A DNA stretch of 64,000 bases from contig OZ024740.1 in NCBI GenBank assembly GCA_964016885.1, forward strand, positions 15,562,001 to 15,626,000. Reading direction: 5' to 3'. A program made the position numbers and the translations under genes. The notes under the pieces were generated by a model that saw only the letters and a list, made by a program, of their open reading frames with translations, made no database searches and was not told the origin of the DNA. This DNA is from Eledone cirrhosa (taxonomy: Eukaryota). Below, piece by piece: positions 30,001-45,250 of the stretch (position 1 is its first letter; every line of letters starts with the position of its first letter).

Positions 30001-33000
30001 TATATAATACAGTAGTTCCCAGCCCAGGTATGTCTATATAATACAGTAGTTCCCATCCCAGGTATGTCTATATAATACAGTAGTTCCCATCCCAGGTATG
30101 TCTATATTATATATTACAGTAGTTCCCAACCCAGGTATGTCTATATAATACAGTAGTTCCCAGCCCAGGTATGTCTATATAATACAGTAGTTCCCAACCC
30201 AGGTATGTCTATATAATACACTAGTTCCCAACCCAGGTATGTTTATATAATACAGTAGTTCCCATCCCAGGTATGTCTATATAATACAGTAGTTCCCATC
30301 CCAGGTATGTCTATATTATATAATGCAGTAGTTCCCAGCCCAGGTATGTCTATATTATATAATGCAGTAGTTCCCAGCCCAGGTATGTCTATATAATACA
30401 GTAGTTCCCAGTCCAGGTATGTCTATATAATACAGTAGTTCCCAGTCCAGGTATGTCTATATAATACAGTAGTTCCCAGCCCAGGTATGTCTATATAATA
30501 CAGTAGTTCCCAGCCCAGGAATGTCTATATAATACAGTAGTTCCCAGTCCAGGTATGTCTATATAATACAGTAGTTCCCAGTCCAGGTATGTCTATATAA
30601 TACAGTAGTTCCCAGCCCAGGAATGTCTATATAATACAGTAGTTCCCAGTCCAGGTATGTCTATATAATACAGTAGTTCCCAGCCCAGGTATGTCTATAT
30701 AATACAGTAGTTCCCATCCCAGGTATGTCTATATAATACAGTAGTTCCCATCCCAGGTATGTCTATATTATATAATGCAGTAGTTCCCAGCCCAGGTATG
30801 TCTATATTATATAATGCAGTAGTTCCCCGCCCAGGTATGTCTATATAATACAGTAGTTCCCATCCCAGGTATGTCTATATTATATAATACGGTAGTTCCC
30901 AGTCCAGGTATGTCTATATAATACAGCAGTTCCCAGCCCAGGTATGTCTATATAATACAGTAGTTCCCAGCCCAGGTATGTCTATATAATACAGTAGTTC
31001 CCAGCCCAGGTATGTCTATATTATATAATACAGTAGTTCCCAGCCCAGGTATGTCTATATAATACAGTAGTTCCCAGCCCAGGTATGTCTATATAATACA
31101 GTAGTTCCCAGCCCAGGTATGTCTATATAATACAGTAGTTCCCTGCCCAGGTATGTCTATATAATACAGTAGTTCCCAGCCCAGGTATGTCTATATAATA
31201 CAGTAGTTCCCAGCCCAGGTATGTCTATATAATATAGTAGTTCCCAGCCCATGTATGTCTATATAATACAGTAGTTCCCAGCCCAGGTATGTCTATATAA
31301 TACAGTAGTTCCCAGCCAAGGTATGTCTATATAATACAGTAGTTCCCAGCCCAGGTATGTCTATATAATACAGTAGTTCCCAGCCCAGGTATGTCTATAT
31401 AAAACAGTAGTTCCCAGCCCAGGTATGTCTATATAATACAGTAGTTGCCAGCCCAGGCATGTCTATATAATACAGTAGTTCCCATCCCAGGTATGTCTAT
31501 ATTATATAATGCAGTAGTTCCCAGCCCAGGTATGTCTATATTGTATAATGCAGTAGTTCCCAGCCCAGGTATGTCTATATTATATAATACAGTAGTTGCC
31601 AGCCCATGTATGTCTATATAATACAGTAGTTCCCAGCCCAGGTATGTCTATATTATATAATACAGTAGTTCCCAGCCCAGGTATGTCTATATAATACAGT
31701 AGTTCCCATCCCAGGTATGTCTATATAATACACTAGTTCCCAACCCAAGTATGTCTATATAATACAGTAGTTCCCATCCCAGGTATGTCTATATAATACA
31801 GTAGTTCCCATCCCAGGTATGTCTATATTATATAATGCAGTAGTTCCCAGCCCAGGTATGTCTATATTATATAATGCAGTAGTTCCCAGCCCAGGTATGT
31901 CTATATTATATAATACAGTAGTTGCCAGCCCAGGTATGTCTATATAATACAGTAGTTCCCAGCCCAGGTATGTCTATATTATATAATACAGTAGTTCCCA
32001 GCCCAGGTATGTCTATATAATACAGTAGTTCCCATCCCAGGTATGTCTATATAATACAGTAGTTCCCATCCCAGGTATGTCTATATTATATAATGCAGTA
32101 GTTCCCAGCCCAGGTATGTCTATATTATATAATGCAGTAGTTCCCAGCCCAGGTATGTCTATATAATACAGTAGTTCCCAGCCCAGGTATGTCTATATAA
32201 TACAGTAGTTCCCAGCCCAGGTATGTCTATATAATACAGTAGTTCCCATCCCAGGTATGTCTATATAATACAGTAGTTCCCAGCCCAGGTATGTCTATAT
32301 AATACAGTAGTTCCCAGCCCAGGTATGTCTATATAATACAGTAGTTCCCAGCCCAGGTATGTCTATATATTACAGTAGTTCCCAGCCCAGGTATGTCTAT
32401 ATAATACAGTAGTTCCCAGCCCAGGTATGTCTATATAATACAGTAGTTCCCATCCCAGGTATGTCTATATAATACAGTAGTTCCCATCCCAGGTATGTCT
32501 ATATTATATAATACGGTAGTTCCCAGTCCAGGTATGTCTATATAATACAGTAGTTCCCAGCCCAGGTATGTCTATATAATACAGTAGTTCCCAGCCCAGG
32601 TATGTCTATATAATACAGTAGTTCCCAGCCCAGGTATGTCTATATAATACAGTAGTTCCCAGCCCAGGTATGTCTATATTATATAATACAGTAGTTCCCA
32701 GCCCAGGTATGTCTATATAATACAGTAGTTCCCAGCCCAGGTATGTCTATATAATACAGTAGTTCCCAGCCCAGGTATGTCTATATAATACAGTAGTTCC
32801 CTGCCCAGGTATGTCTATATAATACAGTAGTTCCCAGCCCAGGTATGTCTATATAATACAGTAGTTCCCAGCCCAGGTATGTCTATATAATACAGTAGTT
32901 CCCAGCCCAGGTATGTATATATAATACAGTAGTTCCCAGCCCAGGTATGTCTATATAATACAGTAGTTCCCATCCCAGGTATGTCTATATATTACAGTAG

Positions 33001-36000
33001 TTCCCAACCCAGGTATGTCTATATAATACAGTAGTTCCCAGCCCAGGTATGTCTATATAATACAGTAGTTCCCAACCCAGGTATGTCTATATAATACACT
33101 AGTTCCCAACCCAGGTATGTTTATATAATACAGTAGTTCCCATCCCAGGTATGTCTATATAATACAGTAGTTCCCATCCCAGGTATGTCTATATTATATA
33201 ATGCAGTAGTTCCCAGCCCAGGTATGTCTATATTATATAATGCAGTAGTTCCCAGCCCAGGTATGTCTATATAATACAGTAGTTCCCAGTCCAGGTATGT
33301 CTATATAATACAGTAGTTCCCAGTCCAGGTATGTCTATATAATACAGTAGTTCCCAGCCCAGGTATGTCTATATAATACAGTAGTTCCCAGCCCAGGAAT
33401 GTCTATATAATACAGTAGTTCCCAGTCCAGGTATGTCTATATAATACAGTAGTTCCCAGTCCAGGTATGTCTATATAATACAGTAGTTCCCAGCCCAGGA
33501 ATGTCTATATAATACAGTAGTTCCCAGTCCAGGTATGTCTATATAATACAGTAGTTCCCAGCCCAGGTATGTCTATATAATACAGTAGTTCCCATCCCAG
33601 GTATGTCTATATAATACAGTAGTTCCCATCCCAGGTATGTCTATATTATATAATGCAGTAGTTCCCAGCCCAGGTATGTCTATATTATATAATGCAGTAG
33701 TTCCCAGCCCAGGTATGTCTATATAATACAGTAGTTCCCATCCCAGGTATGTCTATATTATATAATACGGTAGTTCCCAGTCCAGGTATGTCTATATAAT
33801 ACAGCAGTTCCCAGCCCAGGTATGTCTATATAATACAGTAGTTCCCAACCCAGGTATGTCTATATAATACAGTAGTTCCCAGCCCAGGTATGTCTATATT
33901 ATATAATACAGTAGTTTTCAGCCCAGGTATGTCTATATAATACAGTAGTTCCCAGCCCAGGTATGTCTATATAATACAGTAGTTCCCAGCCCAGGTATGT
34001 CTATATAATACAGTAGTTCCCAGCCCAGGTATGTCTATATTATATAATACAGTAGTTCCCAGCCCAGGTATGTCTATATAATACAGTAGTTCCCAGCCCA
34101 GGTATGTCTATATAATACAGTAGTTCCCAGCCCAGGTATGTCTATATAATACAGTAGTTCCCTGCCCAGGTATGTCTATATAATACAGTAGTTCCCAGCC
34201 CAGGTATGTCTATATAATACAGTAGTTCCCAGCCCAGGTATGTCTATATAATATAGTAGTTCCCAGCCCAGGTATGTCTATATAATACAGTAGTTCCCAG
34301 CCCAGGTATGTCTATATAATACAGTAGTTCCCAGCCCAGGTATGTCTATATAATACAGTAGTTCCCAGCCCAGGTATGTCTATATAATACAGTAGTTCCC
34401 TGCCCAGGTATGTCTATATAATACAGTAGTTCCCAGCCCAGGTATGTCTATATAATACAGTAGTTCCCAGCCCAGGTATGTCTATATAATATAGTAGTTC
34501 CCAGCCCAGGTATGTCTATATAATACAGTAGTTGCCAGCCCAGGCATGTCTATATAATACAGTAGTTCCCAGCCCAGGTATGTCTATATTATATAATACA
34601 GTAGTTCCCAGCCCAGGTATGTCTATATAATACAGTAGTTCCCATCCCAGGTATGTCTATATAATACACTAGTTCCCAACCCAGGTATGTCTATATAATA
34701 CAGTAGTTCCCATCCCAGGTATGTCTATATAATACAGTAGTTCCCATCCCAGGTATGTCTATATAATACAGTAGTTCCCATCCCAGGTATGTCTATATAA
34801 TACAGTAGTTCCCATCCCAGGTATGTCTATATAATACAGTAGTTCCCATCCCAGGTATGTCTATATAATACAGTAGTTCCCATCCCAGGTATGTCTATAT
34901 AATACAGTAGTTCCCATCCCAGGTATGTCTATATAATACAGTAGTTCCCATCCCAGGTATGTCTATATAATACAGTAGTTCCCATCCCAGGTATGTCTAT
35001 ATAATACAGTAGTTCCCATCCCAGGTATGTCTATATAATACAGTAGTTCCCATCCCAGGTATGTCTATATAATACAGTAGTTCCCATCCCAGGTATGTCT
35101 ATATAATACAGTAGTTCCCATCCCAGGTATGTCTATATAATACAGTAGTTCCCATCCCAGGTATGTCTATATAATACACTAGTTCCCAACCCAGGTATGT
35201 CTATATAATACAGTAGTTCCCATCCCAGGTATGTCTATATAATACAGTAGTTCCCATCCCAGGTATGTCTATATAATACAGTAGTTCCCATGCCAGGTAT
35301 GTCTATATTATATAATGCAGTAGTTCCCAGCCCAGGTATGTCTATATTATATAATGCAGTAGTTCCCAGCCCAGGTATGTCTATATTATATAATACAGTA
35401 GTTGCCAGCCCAGGTATGTCTATATAATACAGTAGTTCCCAGCCCAGGTATGTCTATATTATATAATACAGTAGTTCCCAGCCCAGGTATGTCTATATAA
35501 TACAGTAGTTCCCATCCCAGGTATGTCTATATAATACACTAGTTCCCAACCCAAGTATGTCTATATAATACAGTAGTTCCCATCCCAGGTATGTCTATAT
35601 AATACAGTAGTTCCCATCCCAGGTATGTCTATATAATACAGTAGTTCCCATCCCAGGTATGTCTATATTATATAATGCAGTAGTTCCCAGCCCAGGTATG
35701 TCTATATTATATAATGCAGTAGTTCCCAGCCCAGGTATGTCTATATAATACAGTAGTTCCCAGCCCAGGTATGTCTATATAATACAGTAGTTCCCAGCCC
35801 AGGTATGTCTATATAATACAGTAGTTCCCAGCCCAGGTATGTCTATATAATACAGTAGTTCCCATCCCAGGTATGTCTATATAATACAGTAGTTCCCAGC
35901 CCAGGTATGTCTATATAATACAGTAGTTCCCAGCCCAGGTATGTCTATATAATACAGTAGTTCCCAGCCCAGGTATGTCTATATATTACAGTAGTTCCCA

Positions 36001-39000
36001 GCCCAGGTATGTCTATATAATACAGTAGTTCCCAGCCCAGGTATGTCTATATAATACAGTAGTTCCCATCCCAGGTATGTCTATATAATACAGTAGTTCC
36101 CATCCCAGGTATGTCTATATTATATAATACGGTAGTTCCCAGTCCAGGTATGTCTATATAATACAGTAGTTCCCAGCCCAGGTATGTCTATATAATACAG
36201 TAGTTCCCAGCCCAGGTATGTCTATATAATACAGTAGTTCCCAGCCCAGGTATGTCTATATAATACAGTAGTTCCCAGCCCAGGTATGTCTATATTATAT
36301 AATACAGTAGTTCCCAGCCCAGGTATGTCTATATAATACAGTAGTTCCCAGCCCAGGTATGTCTATATAATACAGTAGTTCCCAGCCCAGGTATGTCTAT
36401 ATAATACAGTAGTTCCCTGCCCAGGTATGTCTATATAATACAGTAGTTCCCAGCCCAGGTATGTCTATATAATAGAGTAGTTCCCAGCCCAGGTATGTCT
36501 ATATAATACAGTAGTTCCCAGCCCAGGTATGTATATATAATACAGTAGTTCCCAGCCCAGGTATGTCTATATAATACAGTAGTTCACTGCCCAGGTATGT
36601 CTATATAATACAGTAGTTCCCAGCCCAGGTATGTCTATATTATATAATACAGTAGTTTTCAGCCCAGGTATGTCTATATAATACAGTAGTTCCCAGCCCA
36701 GGTATGTCTATATAATACAGTAGTTCCCAGCCCAGGTATGTCTATATTATATAATACAGTAGTTCCCAGCCCAGGTATGTCTATATTATATAATACAGTA
36801 GTTCCCAACCCAGGTATGTCTATATAATACAGTAGTTCCCAGCCCAGGTATGTCTATATAATACAGTAGTTCCCAGCCCAGGTATGTCTATATTATATAA
36901 TACAGTAGTTCCCAGCCCAGGTATGTCTATATAATACAGTAGTTCCCAGCCCAGGTATGTCTATATAATACAGTAGTTCCCAGCCCTGGTATGTCTATAT
37001 TATATAATACAGTAGTTCCCACCCCAGGTATGTCTATATTATATAATACAGTAGTTCCCAGCCCTGGTATGTCTATATTATATAATACAGTAGTTCCCAG
37101 CCCAGGTATGTCTATATAATACAGTAGTTCCCAGCCCTGGTATGTCTATATTATATAATACAGTAGTTCCCAACCCAGGTATGTCTATATTATATAATAC
37201 AGTAGTTCCCAGCCCTGGTATGTCTATATTATATAATACAGTAGTTCCCAGCCCAGGTATGTCTATATTATATAATACAGTAGTTCCCAATCCAGGTATG
37301 TCTATATAATACAGTAGTTCCCAGCCCAGGTATGTCTATATTATATAATACAGTAGTTCCCAGCCCAGGTATGTCTATGTTATACAGTAGTTCCCAGCCC
37401 AGGTATGTCTATATTATATAATACAGTAGTTCCCAACCCAGGTATGTCTATATAATACAGTAGTTCCCAGCCCAGTTATGTCTATATTATATAATACAGT
37501 AGTTCCCAGCCCAGGTATGTCTATATAATACAGTAGTTCCCAACCCAGGTATGTCTATATAATACAGTAGTTCCCAGCCCAGGTATGTCTATATAATACA
37601 GTAGTTCCCAGCCCAGGTATGTCTATATAATACAGTAGTTCCCAGCCCAGGTATGTCTATATTATATAATACAGTAGTTCCCAGCCCAGGTATGTCTATA
37701 TTATACAGTAGTTCCCAGCCCAGGTATGTCTATATTATATACTACAGTAGTTCCCAGCCCAGGTATGTCTATATAATACAGTAGTTCCCAGCCCAGGTAT
37801 GTCTATATTATAAAATACAGTAGTTCCCAGCCCAGGTATGTCTATATTATATAATACAGTAGTTCCCAGCCCAGGTATGTATATATAATACAGTAGTTCC
37901 CAGCCCAGGTATGTCTATATAATACAGTAGTTCCCAGCCCAGGTATGTCTATATTATATAATACAGTAGTTCCCAGCCCAGGTATGTCTATATTATACAG
38001 TAGTTCCCAGCCCAGGTATGTCTATATTATATAATACAGTAGTTCCCAGCCCAGGTATGTCTATATAATACAGTAGTTCCCAACCCAGGTATGTCTATAT
38101 AATACAGTAGTTCCCAGCCCAGGTATGTCTATATAATACAGTAGTTCCCAGCCCAGGTATGTCTATATAATACAGTAGTTCCCAGCCCAGGTATGTCTAT
38201 ATTATATAATACAGTAGTTCCCAGCCCAGGTATGTCTATATTATACAGTAGTTCCCAGCCCAGGTATGTCTATATTATATAATACAGTAGTTCCCATCCC
38301 AGGTATGTCTATATTATATAATGCAGTAGTTCCCAGCCCAGGTATGTCTATATTATATAATGCAGTAGTTCCCAGCCCAGGTATGTCTATATTATATAAT
38401 ACAGTAGTTGCCAGCCCAGGTATGTCTATATAATACAGTAGTTCCCAGCCCAGGTATGTCTATATTATATAATACAGTAGTTCCCAGCCCAGGTATGTCT
38501 ATATAATACAGTAGTTCCCATCCCAGGTATGTCTATATAATACAGTAGTTCCCATCCCAGGTATGTCTATATTATATAATGCAGTAGTTCCCAGCCCAGG
38601 TATGTCTATATTATATAATGCAGTAGTTCCCAGCCCAGGTATGTCTATATAATACAGTAGTTCCCAGCCCAGGTATGTCTATATAATACAGTAGTTCCCA
38701 GCCCAGGTATGTCTATATAATACAGTAGTTCCCAGCCCAGGTATGTCTATATAATACAGTAGTTCCCATCCCAGGTATGTCTATATAATACAGTAGTTCC
38801 CAGCCCAGGTATGTCTATATAATACAGTAGTTCCCAGCCCAGGTATGTCTATATAATACAGTAGTTCCCAGCCCAGGTATGTCTATATATTACAGTAGTT
38901 CCCAGCCCAGGTATGTCTATATAATACAGTAGTTCCCAGCCCAGGTATGTCTATATAATACAGTAGTTCCCATCCCAGGTATGTCTATATAATACAGTAG

Positions 39001-42000
39001 TTCCCATCCCAGGTATGTCTATATTATATAATACGGTAGTTCCCAGTCCAGGTATGTCTATATAATACAGTAGTTCCCAGCCCAGGTATGTCTATATAAT
39101 ACAGTAGTTCCCAGCCCAGGTATGTCTATATAATACAGTAGTTCCCAGCCCAGGTATGTCTATATAATACAGTAGTTCCCAGCCCAGGTATGTCTATATA
39201 ATACAGTAGTTCCCAGCCCAGGTATGTCTATATAATACAGTAGTTCCCAGCCCAGGTATGTCTATATAATACAGTAGTTCCCAGCCCAGGTATGTCTATA
39301 TAATACAGTAGTTCCCTGCCCAGGTATGTCTATATAATACAGTAGTTCCCAGCCCAGGTATGTCTATATAATACAGTAGTTCCCAGCCCAGGTATGTCTA
39401 TATAATACAGTAGTTCCCAGCCCAGGTATGTATATATAATACAGTAGTTCCCAGCCCAGGTATGTCTATATAATACAGTAGTTCACTGCCCAGGTATGTC
39501 TATATAATACAGTAGTTCCCAGCCCAGGTATGTCTATATTATATAATACAGTAGTTTTCAGCCCAGGTATGTCTATATAATACAGTAGTTCCCAGCCCAG
39601 GTATGTCTATATAATACAGTAGTTCCCAGCCCAGGTATGTCTATATTATATAATACAGTAGTTCCCAGCCCAGGTATGTCTATATTATATAATACAGTAG
39701 TTCCCAACCCAGGTATGTCTATATAATACAGTAGTTCCCAGCCCAGGTATGTCTATATAATACAGTAGTTCCCAGCCCAGGTATGTCTATATTATATAAT
39801 ACAGTAGTTCCCAGCCCAGGTATGTCTATATAATACAGTAGTTCCCAGCCCAGGTATGTCTATATAATACAGTAGTTCCCAGCCCTGGTATGTCTATATT
39901 ATATAATACAGTAGTTCCCACCCCAGGTATGTCTATATTATATAATACAGTAGTTCCCAGCCCTGGTATGTCTATATTATATAATACAGTAGTTCCCAGC
40001 CCAGGTATGTCTATATAATACAGTAGTTCCCAGCCCTGGTATGTCTATATTATATAATACAGTAGTTCCCAACCCAGGTATGTCTATATTATATAATACA
40101 GTAGTTCCCAGCCCTGGTATGTCTATATTATATAATACAGTAGTTCCCAGCCCAGGTATGTCTATATTATATAATACAGTAGTTCCCAATCCAGGTATGT
40201 CTATATAATACAGTAGTTCCCAGCCCAGGTATGTCTATATTATATAATACAGTAGTTCCCAGCCCAGGTATGTCTATGTTATACAGTAGTTCCCAGCCCA
40301 GGTATGTCTATATTATATAATACAGTAGTTCCCAACCCAGGTATGTCTATATAATACAGTAGTTCCCAGCCCAGTTATGTCTATATTATATAATACAGTA
40401 GTTCCCAGCCCAGGTATGTCTATATAATACAGTAGTTCCCAACCCAGGTATGTCTATATAATACAGTAGTTCCCAGCCCAGGTATGTCTATATAATACAG
40501 TAGTTCCCAGCCCAGGTATGTCTATATAATACAGTAGTTCCCAGCCCAGGTATGTCTATATTATATAATACAGTAGTTCCCAGCCCAGGTATGTCTATAT
40601 TATACAGTAGTTCCCAGCCCAGGTATGTCTATATTATATACTACAGTAGTTCCCAGCCCAGGTATGTCTATATAATACAGTAGTTCCCAGCCCAGGTATG
40701 TCTATATTATAAAATACAGTAGTTCCCAGCCCAGGTATGTCTATATTATATAATACAGTAGTTCCCAGCCCAGGTATGTATATATAATACAGTAGTTCCC
40801 AGCCCAGGTATGTCTATATAATACAGTAGTTCCCAGCCCAGCTATGTCTATATTATATAATACAGTAGTTCCCAGCCCAGGTATGTCTATATTATACAGT
40901 AGTTCCCAGCCCAGGTATGTCTATATTATATAATACAGTAGTTCCCATCCCTGGTATGTCTATATTATATAATACAGTAGTTCCCAGCCCAGGTATGTCT
41001 ATATAATACAGTAGTTCCCAGCCCTGGTATGTCTATATTATATAATACAGTAGTTCCCAACCCAGGTATGTCTATATTATATAATACAGTAGTTCCCAGC
41101 CCTGGTATGTCTATATTATATAATACAGTAGTTCCCAGTCCAGGTATGTCTATATAATACAGTAGTTCCCAGCCCAGGTATGTCTATATAATACAGTAGT
41201 TCCCAGCCCTGGTATGTCTATATAATACAGTAGTTCCCAACCCAGGTATGTCTATATAATACAGTAGTTTCCAGCCCAGGTATGTCTATATTATATAATA
41301 CAGTAGTTCCCAGCCCAGGTATGTCTACATAATACAGTAGTTTCCATCCCAGGTATGTCTATATAATACAGTAGTTCCCAGCCCAGGTACGTCTATATTA
41401 TATAATACAGTAGTTCCCAGCCCAGGTATGTGTATATATTACAGTAGTTCCCAGCCCAGGTATGTCTATATTATATAATACAGTAGTTCCCAGCCCAGGT
41501 ATGTCTATATAATACAGTAGTTTTCAGCCCAGGTATGTCTATATAATACAGTAGTTCCCAGCCCAGGTATGTCTATATAATATAATACAGTAGTTCCCAG
41601 CCCAGGTATGTCTATATAATACAGTAGTTCCCAGCCCAGGTATGTCTATATAATACAGTAGTTCCCAGCCCAGGTATGTCTATATAATACAGTAGTTCCC
41701 AGCCCAGGTGTGTCTATATAATACAATAGTTCCCAGCCCATGTATGTCTATATAATACAGTAGTTCCCAGCCCAGGTATGTCTATATAGTACAGTAGTTC
41801 CCAGCCCAGGTATGTCTATATAATACAGTAGTTCCCATCCCAGGTATGTCTATATTATATAATACAGTAGTTCCCAGCCCAGGTATGTCTATATAATACG
41901 GCAGTTCCCAGCCCAGGTATGTCTATATTATATAATACAGTAGTTCCCAGCCCAGGTATGTCTATATAATACAGTAGTTCCCAGCCCAGGTATGTCTATA

Positions 42001-45000
42001 TAATACAGTAGTTCCCATCCCAGGTATGTCTATATTATATAATACAGTAGTTCCCAACCCAGGTATGTCTACATAATACAGTAGTTCCCAGCCCAGGTAT
42101 GTCTATATAATACAGTAGTTCCCATCCCAGGTATGTCTATATTATATAATACAGTAGTTCCCAACCCAGGTATGTCTACATAATACGGTAGTTCCCAGCC
42201 CAGGTATGTCTATATTATATAATACAGTAGTTCCCAGCCCAGGTATGTCTATATAATACTGTAGTTCCCAGCCCAGTTATGTCTATATAATGCAGTAGTT
42301 CCCAGCCCAGGTATGTCTATATAATGCAGTAGTTCCCAACCCAGGTATGTCTATATAATACAGTAGTTCCCATCCCAGGTATGTCTATATTATATAATAC
42401 AGTAGTTCCCAGCCCAGGTATGTCTATATAATACAGTAGTTCCCATCCCAGGTATGTCTATATTATATAATACAGTAGTTCCCATCCCAGGTATGTCTAT
42501 ATTATATAATACAGTAGTTCCCAGCCCTGTTATGTCTATATATTACAGTAGTTCCCATCCCAGGTATGTCTATATAATACAGTAGTTCCCAGCCCAGGTA
42601 TGTCTATATAATATAGTAGTTCCCAGCCCAGGTATGTCTATATAATACAGTAGTTCCCAACCCAGGTATGTCTATATAATACAGTAGTTCCCAGCCCAGG
42701 TATGTCTATATAATACAGTAGTTCCCAGCCCAGGTATGTCTATGTAATACAGTAGTTCCCAGCCCAGGTATGTCTATATTATATACTACAGTAGTTCCCA
42801 GCCCAGGTATGTCTATATAATACAGTAGTTCCCAGCCCTGGTATGTCTATATTATATAATACAGTAGTTCCCACCCCAGGTATGTCTATATTATATAATA
42901 CAGTAGTTCCCAGCCCTGGTATGTCTATATTATATAATACAGTAGTTCCCAGCCCAGGTATGTCTATATAATACAGTAGTTCCCAGCCCTGGTATGTCTA
43001 TATTATATAATACAGTAGTTCCCAACCCAGGTATGTCTATATTATATAATACAGTAGTTCCCAGCCCTGGTATGTCTATATTATATAATACAGTAGTTCC
43101 CAGCCCAGGTATGTCTATATTATATAATACAGTAGTTCCCAATCCAGGTATGTCTATATAATACAGTAGTTCCCAGCCCAGGTATGTCTATATTATATAA
43201 TACAGTAGTTCCCAGCCCAGGTATGTCTATGTTATACAGTAGTTCCCAGCCCAGGTATGTCTATATTATATAATACAGTAGTTCCCAACCCAGGTATGTC
43301 TATATAATACAGTAGTTCCCAGCCCAGTTATGTCTATATTATATAATACAGTAGTTCCCAGCCCAGGTATGTCTATATAATACAGTAGTTCCCAACCCAG
43401 GTATGTCTATATAATACAGTAGTTCCCAGCCCAGGTATGTCTATATAATACAGTAGTTCCCAGCCCAGGTATGTCTATATAATACAGTAGTTCCCAGCCC
43501 AGGTATGTCTATATTATATAATACAGTAGTTCCCAGCCCAGGTATGTCTATATTATACAGTAGTTCCCAGCCCAGGTATGTCTATATTATATACTACAGT
43601 AGATCCCAGCCCAGGTATGTCTATATAATACAGTAGTTCCCAGCCCAGGTATGTCTATATTATATAATACAGTAGTTCCCAGCCCAGGTATGTCTATATT
43701 ATATAATACAGTAGTTCCCAGCCCAGGTATGTATATATAATACAGTAGTTCCCAGCCCAGGTATGTCTATATAATACAGTAGTTCCCAGCCCAGGTATGT
43801 CTATATTATATAATACAGTAGTTCCCAGCCCAGGTATGTCTATATTATACAGTAGTTCCCAGCCCAGGTATGTCTATATTATATAATACAGTAGTTCCCA
43901 GCCCTGGTATGTCTATATTATATAATACAGTAGTTCCCAGCCCAGGTATGTCTATATAATACAGTAGTTCCCAGCCCTGGTATGTCTATATTATATAATA
44001 CAGTAGTTCCCAGCCCAGGTATGTCTATATAATACAGTAGTTCCCAGCCCTGGTATGTCTATATTATATAATACAGTAGTTCCCAACCCAGGTATGTCTA
44101 TATTATATAATACAGTAGTTCCCAGCCCTGGTATGTCTATATTATATAATACAGTAGTTCCCAGTCCAGGTATGTCTATATAATACAGTAGTTCCCAGCC
44201 CAGGTATGTCTATATAATACAGTAGTTCCCAGCCCTGGTATGTCTATATAATACAGTAGTTCCCAACCCAGGTATGTCTATATAATACAGTAGTTCCCAG
44301 CCCAGGTATGTCTATATTATATAATACAGTAGTTCCCAGCCCAGGTATGTCTACATAATACAGTAGTTCCCATCCCAGGTATGTCTATATAATACAGTAG
44401 TTCCCAGCCCAGGTATGTCTATATTATATAATACAGTAGTTCCCAGCCCAGGTATGTCTATATTATACAGTAGTTCCCATCCCAGGTATGTCTATATAAT
44501 ATAATACAGTAGTTCCCAGCCCAGGTATGTGTATATATTACAGTAGTTCCCAGCCCAGGTATGTCTATATTATATAATACAGTAGTTCCCAGCCCAGGTA
44601 TGTCTATATAATACAGTAGTTTTCAGCCCAGGTATGTCTATATAATACAGTAGTTCCCAGCCCAGGTATGTCTATATAATATAATACAGTAGTTCCCAGC
44701 CCAGGTATGTCTATATAATACAGTAGTTCCCAGCCCAGGTATGTCTATATAATACAGTAGTTCCCAGCCCAGGTATGTCTATATAATACAGTAGTTCCCA
44801 GCCCAGGTATGTCTATATAATACAGTAGTTCCCAGCCCAGGTATGTCTATATAATACAGTAGTTCCCAGCCCAGGTATGTCTATATAGTACAGTAGTTCC
44901 CAGCCCAGGTATGTCTATATAATACAGTAGTTCCCATCCCAGGTATGTCTATATTATATAATACAGTAGTTCCCAGCCCAGGTATGTCTATATAATACGG

Positions 45001-45050
45001 CAGTTCCCAGCCCAGGTATGTCTATATTATATAATTCTGTAGTTTCCAGG
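1..45050. repeat. Satellite array A, 34-bp monomer CAGTAGTTCCCAGCCCAGGTATGTCTATATAATA with a 39-bp variant (+TATAT)
   Basis: Uninterrupted head-to-tail monomers from the window start to a degenerate last unit (ataattctgtagtttccagg, ~45031-45050). Roughly 1,250-1,300 monomers by length/unit estimate. Recurrent variants: cccaTccc, cccaAccc, cccTgccc, gttTTcag, aatGcag, cagTccagg. Confidence 0.99.
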
Positions 45051-45203
45051 CACAGAAAACGTGGTACTCACCCCTATATTTCTATATTTTATGGACAATA
45101 AGTATTACATTTTTTTATATATATAAAAGAATGTTTTTATATAACTTTGAGAATTTATTCATATAAAAACAAAAAATCTTGACTTATATTTAAAAAATAA
45201 CTT

Positions 45204-45250
45204 ACAGAACCCCAGGAAAGTTTCCCGTAACCCACTTTCTGGGGTTTTGT
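45204..45250. other. Imperfect inverted repeat (hairpin) directly preceding the telomere-like tract
   Basis: acagaaccccaggaaagt (45204-45221) pairs with actttctggggttttgt (45234-45250) with one G-T pair and one bulge. The 12-nt loop is ttcccgtaaccc. Confidence 0.75.

Noticed and set aside
17806-43142. Repeated 65-70 aa ORFs (MGTTVLY...) in satellite A
   Set aside because: They are translations of monomer runs. 39-bp units keep frame by arithmetic, and 34-bp units shift frame and introduce stops.
1-45050. CRISPR-like array (repeat length ~34 bp)
   Set aside because: No unique spacers, no cas genes, and a eukaryotic context.
45064-45075. Isolated splice-donor matches (minus-strand G|GTGAGT here; plus-strand AG|GTGAGT at ~50496)
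   Set aside because: No plausible upstream exon; the second follows directly on (TA)n.
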